Shown: positions 38,731-51,433 of the stretch, piece by piece | How the letters are laid out: every line of letters starts with the position of its first letter | Numbering within the stretch: the stretch's first letter is position 1 | Assembly (NCBI RefSeq): GCF_026210795.1 | Contig: NC_089434.1 | Span: forward strand, 1,302,001 to 1,366,000 | Source of the DNA: Rhizophagus irregularis | Lineage: Eukaryota | Direction of reading: 5' to 3' | DNA: 64,000 bases | The notes under the pieces: model-generated | The model's input: the letters and a program-made list of their open reading frames with translations, nothing else | Told to the model about the DNA's origin: nothing | Database searches by the model: none | Position numbers and translations under genes: made by a program

Positions 38731-41700
38731 TATTAACTAAATTTACGCTACCTAGAATAAAAAATATGTAAAAACAAATACAAGTTGTATAATTAAACCT
38801 GAAAATTTTTTGGTCTGTTAACTAAAAATTTATTGTGATGCATTTTTTTATTGACAAAAAAATGTTAAGTTATTTTATGTATTTTTAATTTTATTATTTA
38901 TCATAATAAATTATTAAGATACTACATTTTACTTTCGCTATAATGGATCACGTATTTTATTTGTAAATATAATTAACTTGATTTGATTTTCGCTAATAGT
39001 TTGTTCTTATATATTACAAAAATAAAATTATTAAACATGTTATGTCAAAAGTAGAGTGTCCTTTTTCTGATTTAATATGTAAACCCATATGTAACCATCA
39101 CCTTCTGATATAAGAGATACTATATAACGCCCAATTCACAATTAAAATATTTTCAATAACTCACTGTTGATAACTCAATACAAAACTCATAAAACTCATG
39201 CTTAGTTCAGTATTTTTTCCTTCATAAAGTTCATTAGTATTATTCATAAGAGACTAAGGAATTGTATATGGTTTCTGTTAAATCCTGCATAACTAATTGT
39301 CGCGTCAGATTTTCTGTTTTTTTTATTGAATGTGATCTTGTAATATTATTTTAGCATTTGCAACATTTTTCAAAATAATTCCTTTTTCATTAAAAAATTC
39401 CCAGCTTTCTCTAGTATAATGACACCCTTTACAACCTTATTTTATTGCTGATATGACATGTTAACAATTTTTAGAAAAATATTAAAAATATTTCGTAAAA
39501 GAAAGAAAGGTGGTGTGTGACGTAAAGTTCAATAAAAAGTTTTATCATTCGGATCATGTGCGCGGATCAAGGATCAAGACAACAGATCCGGTTACCATTT
39601 TTTTTGCTAGAGTCGTTTACCGGGGATGAAAAATCACGTGAATCTTCGTGACGGCAATTTTAATCAAATACTACCAGATTGTTCTGATTATTATAAATTA
39701 TTAGCAATATGTACTTCTATATTTAATAAATAAACAGTATTTCTCAATTTATTTGATTTTATATCCAATATATAATTAATAGATTAAAATTATTATAAAA
39801 TATTATTAAAATCAATATAAACATGGTTGGTGCTTTTTAAATTTTTTGTTCAATCGAATCTATTTTAATAAACAACATATTAAATAATAACGGATATTAG
39901 ATATTATAAGAAATCTTTCAATTTTATTATATTTCTTTAAAGAAGCAATATACAAGTTAAAAAAGAACTTTTGTAAAATCATCATTTCTTTTTTTTTTAG
40001 TTGCAAATATGGATTACAAATAAAGGTTTTGAATTAAATATATAATTTGATGAAATTGCATTAAATTGAATGAATGAATAAAGAAATTATTACATTGAGA
40101 ATTATGTTTAATATATATATATAATGTAGTGACATTATAATATTACAATTTATTTATAGTTATTACAGTATATAATCTGTCATGATTTATAATGTTTATC
40201 TCAATAAAAATTTATTTTAAATTCGTAAAACAATATTTAATTGTTTATAGCTGCTTTCGAAAAGTGTAGTTTTACAATATCATGGAAATTCACGTGAACT
40301 CCCGATTCCCTCTTTTTTTTAAAAAACTTCATAACAGTAAAAATTACCCAACAAATATAGTCGCTATAACCTTCTCAAAACGGTGAATAAAAATTCAGAC
40401 AACCATTTCTATGAAGATTTCATGACTTTTACAAATGAATATTTTTAATATGCTGCAACATATAATAGTATGACTGTGTGCATTTCTTGTGATGACAAAA
40501 AAAGTTTAACTTTGATTAGTGATCTGATTTTCAGATTTCTTGATTTCCTTTATATATACTGTAAAGTATATCATAGAGTATATGTAATAAAAATCAATGA
40601 TTACTACTTTTAAAAATAGCTATAATTTACGGTAGTCATTGTTGTAATTGGAGAACTAAGAATAATGTATAATATATTACTTGTCTATTGTTGCTAAATA
40701 AGATAAAAATTCAAATTTAATAATAAACGTTATTAATTTAATTTATCAAAAAAAAAAAAAGATCCAAATCCATCTAAAGAATAAAAATTAATAATAAGAA
40801 TAAATTAATAAAATAAAAAATAAAAATTAATTTTATAAAGCAATTTAAAATTACTTTCAGAAATTTCCCGTTCATTTGAATGAGAATTAGATATTTCATC
40901 ATCATCTATAAGAAGATAAACAAATAGGATTAAAAATATTTTATTATTATATAAGATTTTTATCTATCACTAATATCAATATTTTTCCTTTCTATTTGTT
41001 GTTGAATTATTTCTTTTTAATCGTCTAAAATTTTTATAATTATAGTCATGATTTAATAAATTAAATTGACATAATGAATAATTTATTTACTAATTTACTT
41101 ACTATTTAAATTTATTTGTAACTTTTTAAATCCTTTTGACAACTTTCCACTATATTCTAAAATTAAAAATTTAATATTTTGATTTAATATTTCATTCATT
41201 TACATATTATTATATTATAAATAAAATTAAATAAATTACCATTAAAAATATTAATTCTTTTTTGATGATATGTTGTTATTTTGCTTATTAGATCTGTTAA
41301 AATCAAAATTAAAACAAATATCAATTATTAAATAAAATTATATAAAAATGTAAGTGTTCGTGATCCATAATCCGGTCAACCCGAATTTATCCCCCTCAAT
41401 CCGTATTGAACCGTACCTGACGTTTTTAGGCAAATAGCGGTAGTAGATCTAGATAAATATATATTATCAATTTTTCTTAATTTTACGATTTCACTATTTC
41501 GAAAATTTTCTCATTGAGCCATAAGTATTAAGTTATGACTGGTAACTCCCTTTTATTATTTTTTAATTTTCGCAAAACAAATAATAGGAGCAAAATTCTC
41601 ACAATTTTTTGGTATACCAAGATTATTTTCACATGTTAGTAATCTAATTTCAGTTAAAAGAACGCATTTGGGTACAAATTTGGCGGGTTTTTGAAAAAGG

Positions 41701-42161
41701 AATATTCGTTCAATGGAAGTTTTTGCAAAAGAATGGGACGAATCACAGAAAATTTAAATTTTGTTTATTAATTATTTATTTTATTTTATTTTTTGTTAAA
41801 TCTAATAAAATATTTTTTAAAATAATGGTGTAGTTAGCCGAAAAATTCAGCCGAAGGCGCAGTAAATTTTCGGCTAACAACACCCAGCCGAAAAAAATTC
41901 ATGTTGATCTAGAATATTTTATTGAATATTTTATTGGTTCAACATCTACTATTTTCAGCTGAATATTTTCGTCTAACTACACTTTTTTTAAATAATAGTG
42001 TAGTTAGCCGAAATATCAGAAGCGCAAGAAACGCCAATATATAATATTCCAGGAGACCAAAGCGAACCAGCAAGACAAGGAGGCACATCAAAATGTGATG
42101 ATTTTATATATATTTAATATATTTAACTTATTTAATTTATAAAATATATAAAATTTTATAA

Positions 42162-42455
42162 TCATTTATACTTTATTAAGCTATAATAAATGTTCAAACA
42201 AAATTTATAATTTCCATCAGCAGTTGTATCAGCACATATATAACCATTAAATTCATCTGGTAATAGTAATAAACATGCACCTTCATCTATAACTATATCC
42301 TCAGATATATAAACATCTAAATATGAAAGATCACAAGATAAAATTTGAATTTTTTTATGCTTTTGTCCATAAGACATTATCTCACTTAAACTTGGTGATT
42401 TGGCAAGGAATTTTCTAGTTTTAGTTAAAAGTTGTTTAGTGGAAATAGAATCCAT
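42162..42455 (-). pseudogene. 5' fragment of a possible OTU-like cysteine protease gene inside the foldback element
   Basis: 97-aa ORF ending ..CADTTADGNY, resembling the OTU catalytic loop xxDGNC with C replaced by Y. Confidence 0.35.
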
Positions 42456-42559
42456 AATTAAGTGAAGAATTCCAGTAAATTTATCAAATTTGATAACAAA
42501 GAAAAAAAGTTTATTAAAAAAAAAAAATTATCTTTGATTATATTTAAATCCATTTTATT

Positions 42560-42698
42560 GAATATTTTCCGTGTCTATAATATAATTTACTGCGTCTATA
42601 ATATAATTTTCCACGTCTATAATATAATTTTCCACGTCTATAATATAATTTTCCACGTCTATAATATAATTTTCCGCGTCTATAATATAATTTTCCCA
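42560..42698. repeat. 21-bp minisatellite (tataatataattttccacgtc) x~6
   Basis: Directly visible tandem copies; explains the spurious VYNIIFH-repeat ORF 42462-42701. Confidence 0.9.
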
Positions 42699-44821
42699 TA
42701 GCTATAATTAACCATGCAGATCATTAGAATTGTTAGAACTAATTCAAATCGATCAAAAAAAAATAAAACCTGGTATTTAATTTTTTAAAAAGAAAACCAA
42801 AGAATTTAAAAATTATTTACAAGCAAATATTAAAATTAAACATTTTAAAGAAACAATTTTACACCAAACAATAACATTTAATAATTGACAATTCTGTATT
42901 ATATAAATTAATATTATCAAGAAAAGTATAATTATTATTATTGTAATAATTACATATTTACGGCTAACTACACTTTTTTAAAATAATAATGTAGTTAGCC
43001 GTAAATATCTAGCCGAAAATAGATGATGTTGAACCAATAAAATATTCAAAAAATATTCTAGATCAACATGAATTTTTTTCGGCTGGGTTGTTAGCCGAAA
43101 ATTTACTGCGCCTTCGGCTGAATTTTTCGGCTAACTACACCATTATTTTTTTAAATAACGTAAACTTATTAATATTTATTATAATTAGTTAATTTATAAA
43201 TGATATTTAGTAAATTGGAAATTTTGATATACTGTACAAGGATCATCCGTTAAAATTTGATCTGTAATTAAAGATAAATCCTAAAAATTGGACAGGATTA
43301 ATCCAGATGGATCCGAATCCATTGATCTGGATTATCATCCGGATGAGCTGGATCCGGATTGGAATCCAGATGGCCCTTTAAAAAAAATAAGATCGCATCA
43401 CTATGTAATATTAATAAATACTTTGTATCATCAAAAATGTTAAGGTATACGAAATGCTATTATATAAAAATAAATTACTTTAGATTAAATTATGATAATT
43501 AAAAGAGAAAAAAAGACAAAAACTATAAATTTATACCTTCTTGTTTTATTATAATTTAATTCAAAAAAAAAATATATAATGATAAATCAATAATTTATCA
43601 TAAATAAGGATATTAAATCGTTAATACAACTTATACCTTTTGTTGAATTTCTTGATTCAGGTAGATTTTCAAAGTTGTGAATTTTACTTGTAAATAATCT
43701 GCTACTCGCATAATTTTCTTCTACTTTATTCATTTCTAAATTATTTATTTCTGATTGGAATAATTTCATTAATTCATTTCTTGTACTTCCAAGTGCAAAT
43801 ATATCAAGTCTTTTTGATGGATTAAGCATCCCAACGTTTCTTCATCAAATTTTTATATTCTAGAGGAGTTCCTGACACAATTTCCGGTCTAATACCATCA
43901 ATAATATTTATTGCAAGATTATAATCATGTTCATGATTAGTAAATGGTGGTGTATCCAGATGAATTTCCCACATAGGGTATTGCAATACTATAAATATCA
44001 GATGCAAAAGTATATTCTCTTCCAGCAACGATAACTTCACTGCAGGCGCTACATATATAATTTTTAATGGTTTATCAGCATATCTTTTGTATCAGCATAT
44101 CTTTTGAAACCTTTTGAAAAATGCATGACGCACTCTCGGCCAATTTATTAATAGGTAATGCAGATGACTGCGGTTATACAATCACATGATACAGTGGTGA
44201 CGTACTTACTGCGCATGATATTTTTTTTCGATATCTTTCTGCGCATTTCAGGTGATCAATTTCACATGATCGCATATGCTACTTAACTTATTGCTCGAAC
44301 AGCTACAGCTAAGACAATATTCCTTTCTATTTCTGTGCCATTTACCAGACATTCCATAATTTCTATGATTTCTGTTGCAAGCAATAAATGGCATTTGCTT
44401 AGTATATCTATAATTATCATATCTTCTAAAGCTATTTCGAAGTTGCAAGTATGTGAAATGCGGATTTGATAATTAATTCCGAATCTGGTTTTGTTTCGTA
44501 AGTAATAGGCTTGAAATCGGATTCTAAAACTGATTTGGTAGACGAGGTCGAGACACTTACCTCGATTTTCGGTAAATCATACAACATACGTAAAAATATT
44601 AGTCATTCCCCAATTTAGGTTAAAACTTACGACATGTCAATCACTCTATACTAGTACAAAGAATTGTTTGTTATTCGCTCTAGATCAGTCTATACTGTTG
44701 GATTGCTCTTTTATTAAGACATTTTATATTTAATATTAGTAATTATAAGTTCGAATTACATGCATAGTAATCTATTCATGTTCTATGATCCTAAGCTATA
44801 TATTATTTTTCATGGAAGGCA

Positions 44822-46120
44822 CTACTTTTGATTATTCATTAAAATATTAAAGACATTTTCCAATATCATACTGTATAATGGAGCTGGTTCCTTCATTGTT
44901 TGTGACTGAAATAACGCCAATGCATATTCTAATCGTTGAATTTTCTGGAAAACAACTGGCGGATAACCGTTGCGAATGAAATATAATGCCATAATTGAAC
45001 GACCAAGACGTCCATTATCATTGATAAATGGATGAATGTGAAGGGAGGCCGAAAGTATATGACATGTAATTATAAGATGATGAACACCGGGATTTTTTGT
45101 ACATTCATTGCGAAATTGTATAAACTTTTCCGTCAATGCAGGTACTTCAAATTGATACTATAAAGAACATGGACGGAGTAAGTCATAGTTGATTATTTAT
45201 AAAGAATCTCAGTAAATAAGAAATAGTAAACTAGAACCTACTGGATAAATGGTTAAATAAAACCACATGCCTTTACTACTTCTGACCGAAACTCTCCTGC
45301 ACGTTGAATCCTACCATCTATAAATTTAACATTCTCCTTTGGCGTATCTTTTAAAAGTACGCGATGTACCTTCTTTATTTCGCCAATGTCAATTTCATGA
45401 TCTAACTTGTAGTACAAATTATTTAAGTTGCAAGCAGGTGATTTCGGATTTCGATGACTTGATTATCTGATTTACTAAAGTAAATGTGGCGGGGTATATT
45501 TTTCAGAGCACCTCCGGCATCTTATCCAAGTCATCATGAAGCCCAGTCAATGAGTTTCATACTTCTCGTGTTCCTGCTAATCCTAATGTATTTCCCTTTA
45601 AGAGCAACTTTGTTGAGTAAAACTCACAGTCGTACGTCGTAAAAGGTCCACAGACGAGATCTTTGTAGTGGCTTTGAGGACATTGATTTCTTTTAAGATA
45701 GATATGCATTGCCTGAAATTCTGTTAAACAAGAAAATAATTGATAATCCAAAGTAAAAATAAAGGAAAAAAGCCCCGCAGTTTATACCATGGTCCTGTTC
45801 ACGTCATTCAAATGGTTTATAGTTCTCCCAAACCTTTCCAATCTCCAAAAGTTTACGCCGTTCTTGCGAATTCTTTAAATTTGCTACTGGTTGGTAAGTT
45901 TATAAGCAAATTAGAATTAATTTCATGCATTTACGTGATTTATGAAGCAAAGCGAAAAAGACCTCTGATATTAGATTAAACCTTTCTTTATACTGTATTA
46001 CTGTTTCAGATTACGCTCGTAAATTTGGCTTGAAGAGTGGAACGGACGAAGTTGAAAGGTTTCGTAGCGACTAAAGGTAAAGGTGGAATTCAGTAAAAGG
46101 GAGATTATTCTGCGCAACAT
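44822..46120 (-). pseudogene. Fic-domain (FICD/HYPE-like) pseudogene with a presequence-like N-terminus
   Basis: About 4 exons. MLRRIISLLLNSTFTFSRYETFQLRPFHSS..; TQQSCS/xKGNTL (decayed SxxxEGN); EIRNHLLAT; IKKVHRVLLKDTP..AGEFRS; EVPAL; HIHPFINDNGRLGRSIM..GYPPVVF. Several frameshifts and stops. Confidence 0.85.
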
Positions 46121-46479
46121 TTGAGAATAAATAAAAGAAATTTTTCTGAAAAACGCTAGTTGATCAGTGGCTTTGTGAAGATCACTATAAACTAATTTAT
46201 TTTGGTAAATGATATAAGACCAACATTTGTATATCCAAGAAGGTGTACGTAGTCATTAATTTTATTACATATATGTATAAAGGAAAACGGAAAATCTGAT
46301 CACTAATCGAAGTTAAGCTTAAAATGAGCCCATCTGATATGTAGTTTTTGATTTTATAATAGATATTTAATAGTCCATTACGATTTCAGTAAATTAATTT
46401 AGGCCTAAATTTAATATAAATAATATAAATACCATTGTAGTTTAAAGATTGTTACTACAAATTTTATCACTTAGAATAA

Positions 46480-46920
46480 ATAAATGTATTTAAAAAATCT
46501 TGCAAACCAATTATTACTCTAGTCTTAGTTTCTAATGAATGATTTGATATATATCATAAGCAAATGACAAAAACTTTAAACATAATGATGTTATTGTTAA
46601 CTTACAGTATCAAAGGAAAATTTTAAAAAAATATACCTAAAGAATAAATAAATTTACAATAAGGAGTTGGCGGTAGGAATTTCCAGTTCATCTTGTTTCA
46701 TTGAATGAAGGTTTGGACTATTATATAGTATTTCATTATCATTTATAATAAATAGAATTAGAAATAATATATTTGGTAATTATTACGTAAGAAATTTGCC
46801 TTAGTAATTTGACATTTTATTTTTCGTTTGTTAAATTATTTCTTTTTTATTATCTAAATTTTTTTTTAATAAGGTCATAAAATGTTAAATAAATGAAATT
46901 GATATATTGATACTTACCGG
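46480..46920 (-). pseudogene. Kinase 3'-tail/3'UTR remnant (related copy at ~55340-55730)
   Basis: Matches the paralog tail (PNLHS..QDELEIP) and the 3'UTR block ttactctagtcttag. It shares the acaataaggagtt junction with the 55.3-55.7 kb copy. Confidence 0.6.
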
Positions 46921-48265
46921 TAATTTACTTATTTACTTCAGTTATCATATAATATCCAACTAAGTATATTATTCCATAATAATTTTTTATTTTGATTAAT
47001 TTGGAAATAATTTACTTAAACTTCTTTCCATTATTATGAAATGATTTTATTCCATTTGTTAATATCTTATAATCTTAAAAAATATTAAGGTTGTTTAATT
47101 TTGATATATTTTAGACGAAAAAAAAATATTAGAACTACACAGTCTTTCTTATTAAATGGAACTTTCTATTTACAGTATATTAATTTCACAAAATAATCAT
47201 GTTCCATAAATTTTATGGAAAACGTTTGTAATATGAAAATTAAAAAGTGCTTTATAGTATTAAGAATTCATTTTAGGATTAGTAATATAAAATTCTCCCT
47301 TAACTATAAATAATTGGAATAAAATTTGATCAAAGAGGTAAAGTACCAATTACAATACTTGTCTAACATTTTTTTATAATTCTATTATACAATAATCTTC
47401 CGATCTTTATCTACGGATACCCGATTTCGTCATTTTGGAGTTTCTCGTAAATCTTATTGTTAGAAATCAAAAATAATAATGAACAATCAATATACAATTA
47501 TTTAAGGTACTAAAGCTACCAGTCCGTCTAGTTATAGTGTAATAAGTAAATATCTTGATACGTCAATTATAAACGTATTTGCGTGCTTAAAAATAATCAA
47601 CGAAAATCAAATTTTTAAATCAATCAATGAATTTTATCAATCCAAATGGCATTTTATAGGACTTCTTTTTTAATTTTCTCTTTGTCAGGAAGATAAATAC
47701 GAAGTAAGGATATAACTACGTTGTAATACTATATAGATTGGTTATAACGGTGATAATAAACTTTGTATCTAATAAATTTTACATAGTAAACTATCATAGA
47801 CGACAGACGCTTACGACCTTTAATAAAGTCAAAAAAGACTTTACATTCGAACCTAACAAACTTCACATTATACCTAATATTCAAACTTAAGAAAGTTCAC
47901 ATTTCAATTTAACCAAAATTTTACAATTCAAATCTTATTGATTAAACTTTTACGTTTCAAACTTTAAATAACTTTACATTAATACATATTCAAATCAAAC
48001 GTCCAAATGAGGATGTACGGTGTCATTACGAAATATTAATGATTTATACCAGTTTCTTTTACTTAGTCTTATTGACACAAACCATATTAAAATTCTCGTC
48101 TTTTTTTTTTATTTGAAAAAAATTATTAAATATTCATTGTTCTTAATGATTAGGTTAGTATTAGATTACTTGTTTCGCTTTTAGCCATGAAATTATTATT
48201 ATAAACGTAGATAAATAATATCTGATATGAAAATTTTTATTTCATAATACTGTATGTGTGAGCAC

Positions 48266-48463
48266 ATCTAAAATCTGTGACAGGTTAGTGTCGATCACGG
48301 TGACAAAGAACGGTGACAAAGAACGGTGACAAATAAATTTTTGGCACTAAAAAAATTAAAAAAATTAAGTCCCGAACTCGTGGCTGCACGTGATCAGTGA
48401 CGCGTAAACATCACCCCTTCCTATTATAGCAAGATCGACACTAAACTGTCACAGATTTGAGAT
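48266..48463. mobile_element. MITE with 31-bp TIRs ~200 bp upstream of kinase 4
   Basis: ATCTAAAATCTGTGACAGGTTAGTGTCGATC ... GATCGACACTAAACTGTCACAGATTTGAGAT; internal acggtgacaaa x3 and CACGTG. Absent from the promoters of paralogs 1 and 2. Confidence 0.8.
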
Positions 48464-48668
48464 AAGCATGTGTGACGACTATGACGTGTGTAGAAACATT
48501 TTTGTGCGATGCCATGTAAGTGTACTACATTATAAGACTGTAGATCATTACTAATTATTTCGGATACAAAACTCCGTTCAGCCTATTTTTTTTTTCTTAC
48601 CATAATTTTTTTTTAACTTTAATTTATAAAAAACCCCTTCCTTTTAAAGTTTAATTTAAAAAAATTCA

Positions 48669-51433
48669 ATGTCTGTTATTCGAATAGACTTAGCTCATGC
48701 AGCAATTGCTAGATCACTTGCATTAATAGATTATAATGTTCACAATGATAATCACAAACAGCATGAATTTCAAAAACAAACAGTTCTTGCTGAGAATTCT
48801 CTTACTGAAGATGAAAAAACTTATGCAATAAATTGGATGACTAGAGATTATGATTATTATAAAATTCTTGATAATTCAGGAACAAAAAGAATTTGTGAAA
48901 ATTGTAAACAAGAATGTTTAGCTACGTTATACTGTGAATTTTGTGTTCGAAATTATTTAAAAGCAAAATTTTCAAATTGGACATCTGGAAATGTTAATAT
49001 TGATAACTTAATCCAGAAATGTCAATTGGAAACACTTATACCAAGTAAGATAGTTGAATGGATTCCATATAATAATTTACAAGATATTAAGTATCTAACA
49101 AAAGGTGGTTTTTCTGAAATTTATACAGCAGATTGGATTGATGGAAGATGTGAAGAATGGGATTCTGAAAAACAACAATTAAAAAGATTTGGAAAACATG
49201 AAGTGATACTTAAAAGATTAGAAAATGTTGAAAGTGCAAATCAAAGTTGGTTTGAAGAGGTCTGTAATCTAAATAATATATTTATAATTACTGTAACTAG
49301 TTTATATTATTAACAAGTCTTTAAATTTATATAGGCTAAATCACATTTAACCATAGGTAATAGGAGTAATGAAATTGTCCAATGTTATGGTATAACACAA
49401 AACATATCAAATGGAAATTACATGCTTGTAATGGAAATAATGGATGTAAATTTAAGAGAATATTTAGATCAGAATCATAATAAACTTACATGGAAAGAAA
49501 AAATAAATATTACTTTTGAAATAATTTTGGCCCTACATTTTATTCATAAGGAAAATGCAGTTCATAGAGATTTACATTCGGGAAATATATTGTATTCACA
49601 AATTAATAGCGGATGTTATATTAGCGATCTTGGATTTTGTGGACCTGCTGATAAATCATCAAAATGTATATATGGAAATCTTCCTTACATAGCACCAGAA
49701 GTTATTAATGGAAAAGAATATACTTTTAAATCTGATATTTATAGTATTGCAATACTTATGTGGGAAATTTCATCTGGACAACCACCATTTATTAATCATG
49801 AACATGATTATGATCTTGTAATGAATATTATTAATGGTATTAGACCTAAAATTGTGTTAGGAACTCCCACAGAATATAAAAATTTTATGGAACAATGTTG
49901 GGATGCTGATCCATCAAAAAGACCTGATACTGATACACTTTGTAATGAAATACAAAAAATGAATTTATATTATCAAAGTATGACAGATGAATCATTTCAA
50001 TCAGAAATAAATAGGAATTTAGAACAAGATAAAACAAATAATAGTACAAATAGCAGATTATTTGCAAGTAAAATTCATCAATTTGAAAATCTGCCTGAAC
50101 CAAGAAATGCAACAGAAGGTATTATATTTAATACATATTGCTTTTATTATTTTAAATAAATAAGTAATAATAATAAAATCTCATTGTTCATACTAAAATA
50201 AAAAGAGGAGCTAGAAGGTACAAATTTAATATATAAAATCTTTTTTATTTTTTCAGATTATTTGTACTCTTATCATTTTGACTTTTTTTAACTAAAATAT
50301 TTCACTTTAAATAGCATTTCATAGTAAATCATATGATTTTAGTATTCCCGCTAATAGTAAGTATTTTTTAAGTTGTGGAATTTATTATATAGCTATATAT
50401 TCAATTATTAATTTTTACAATTTTCTTTAGTTAATGATTTTAATAAACCAAGAAATCAGAGTAATAATAATACATCAAAATTACACAGTATATTTAATGG
50501 TAACTTATATTCTGATAATTTTTAATGACAATTAGGTAAATAATAACATGTATTTTCAAATTTTAGCAAATAGTAAAAATTTATCCAAAACATTTGAAAA
50601 GTTACCAATAAAAGACGGTAAGTAAATAAATAAGCTTATTTATTAATGCAAATATTCATTATTCATTAAACATAATTTATTTTTAATTTAATATAATCAA
50701 GAAATAGTACAACAAACAAAAGGACCATATGTTATTAGTAAGTAAAACTGCTAAATACTGTATATACATTTTAATGATCATTTTTATATTATTCAATTAT
50801 TCTTATTTTTGTTACTAAAAAGTGGTTTATTCGAAATAATAAATTAAAATAAAATCTATTTTACACTTTTAATTTAGGTGATAGTGAAAAATTGCCCAAA
50901 GAATTTATAAATTTGCAAATAAATTCAAATAGTAAGTAAATGAATGAATTCATTATATTAATTTCATTTATTAAATAACGTGACTTTTATTTTAAAATTA
51001 CTATGACGAAAAAGAAATAATTAAACAACAAATGAAAAGGAAAAATATTGATAGTGATGGTAAGCGAAAAAATAAAAAAAAAAATGAATTACTAGTTTTG
51101 TCAATATATTTATTTAATATGGCTTTTTTTTTCAAAATTTAGATGATGAAAAAGAAGTGATTCAACAAAAAACGAAAAGACAAAATATTAATGATATTGA
51201 TGGTAGGCGGAAAATTTTGCAACGATTTCAATTTTATATTTATTTAATTCTATTTATTTATTTCTTACAGATGATGATGAAATGTATAATAATCCAAACC
51301 TTCATTCAGAAGAACAAGATGAACTGGAAATTCCCGTTGGTAAGCTTTAAAAAAGAGATTTGCTATTACTTTTTTTTTATTTTTTACTAATTAGTATTTA
51401 TTGTTATTTATCTATTCTTTAGATGGATTTTAA
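48669..51433 (+). CDS. TKL-family protein kinase paralog 4
   Basis: ORFs 48669-49313 and 49422-50159 joined by an intron; VILK, HRDLHSGN, DLG, APE; tail exons ending ..ELEIPV|DGF-stop at 51431-51433. Confidence 0.9.

Larger units (their letters stand above)
41827..43141. mobile_element. Foldback/MULE-like element with ~190-bp TIRs
   Basis: GGTGTAGTTAGCCGAAAAATTCAGCCGAAGGCGCAGTAAATTTTCGGCTAAC... at 41827 is the near-perfect reverse complement of ~42955-43141. No clean TSD. Confidence 0.85.
41353..43403. mobile_element. Probable decayed hAT-like element hosting the foldback element
   Basis: Right end GATCGCATCACTA with ATCCGG/ATCCAG subterminal repeats; left end AGTGTTCGTGATCC with ATCCG repeats. 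Only a partial TSD (TGTAA) is visible. Confidence 0.45.
40760..44085 (-). pseudogene. TKL kinase pseudogene (C-lobe plus tail exons) disrupted by nested insertions
   Basis: Frameshifted C-lobe (MWEI..PPFTNHEHDYNLAINIIDGIRP..WDA; SRLFTSKIHNFENLPE) at 43587-44085; decayed tail exons at ~43450-43550 and ~40760-41310. Most similar to paralog 3. Confidence 0.8.

Noticed and set aside
42462..42701. ORF with VYNIIFH repeats
   Set aside because: Translation of a 21-bp minisatellite.
45557..45979. ORFs 45557-45751 and 45740-45979 as separate genes
   Set aside because: Off-frame or antisense readings of the Fic pseudogene.
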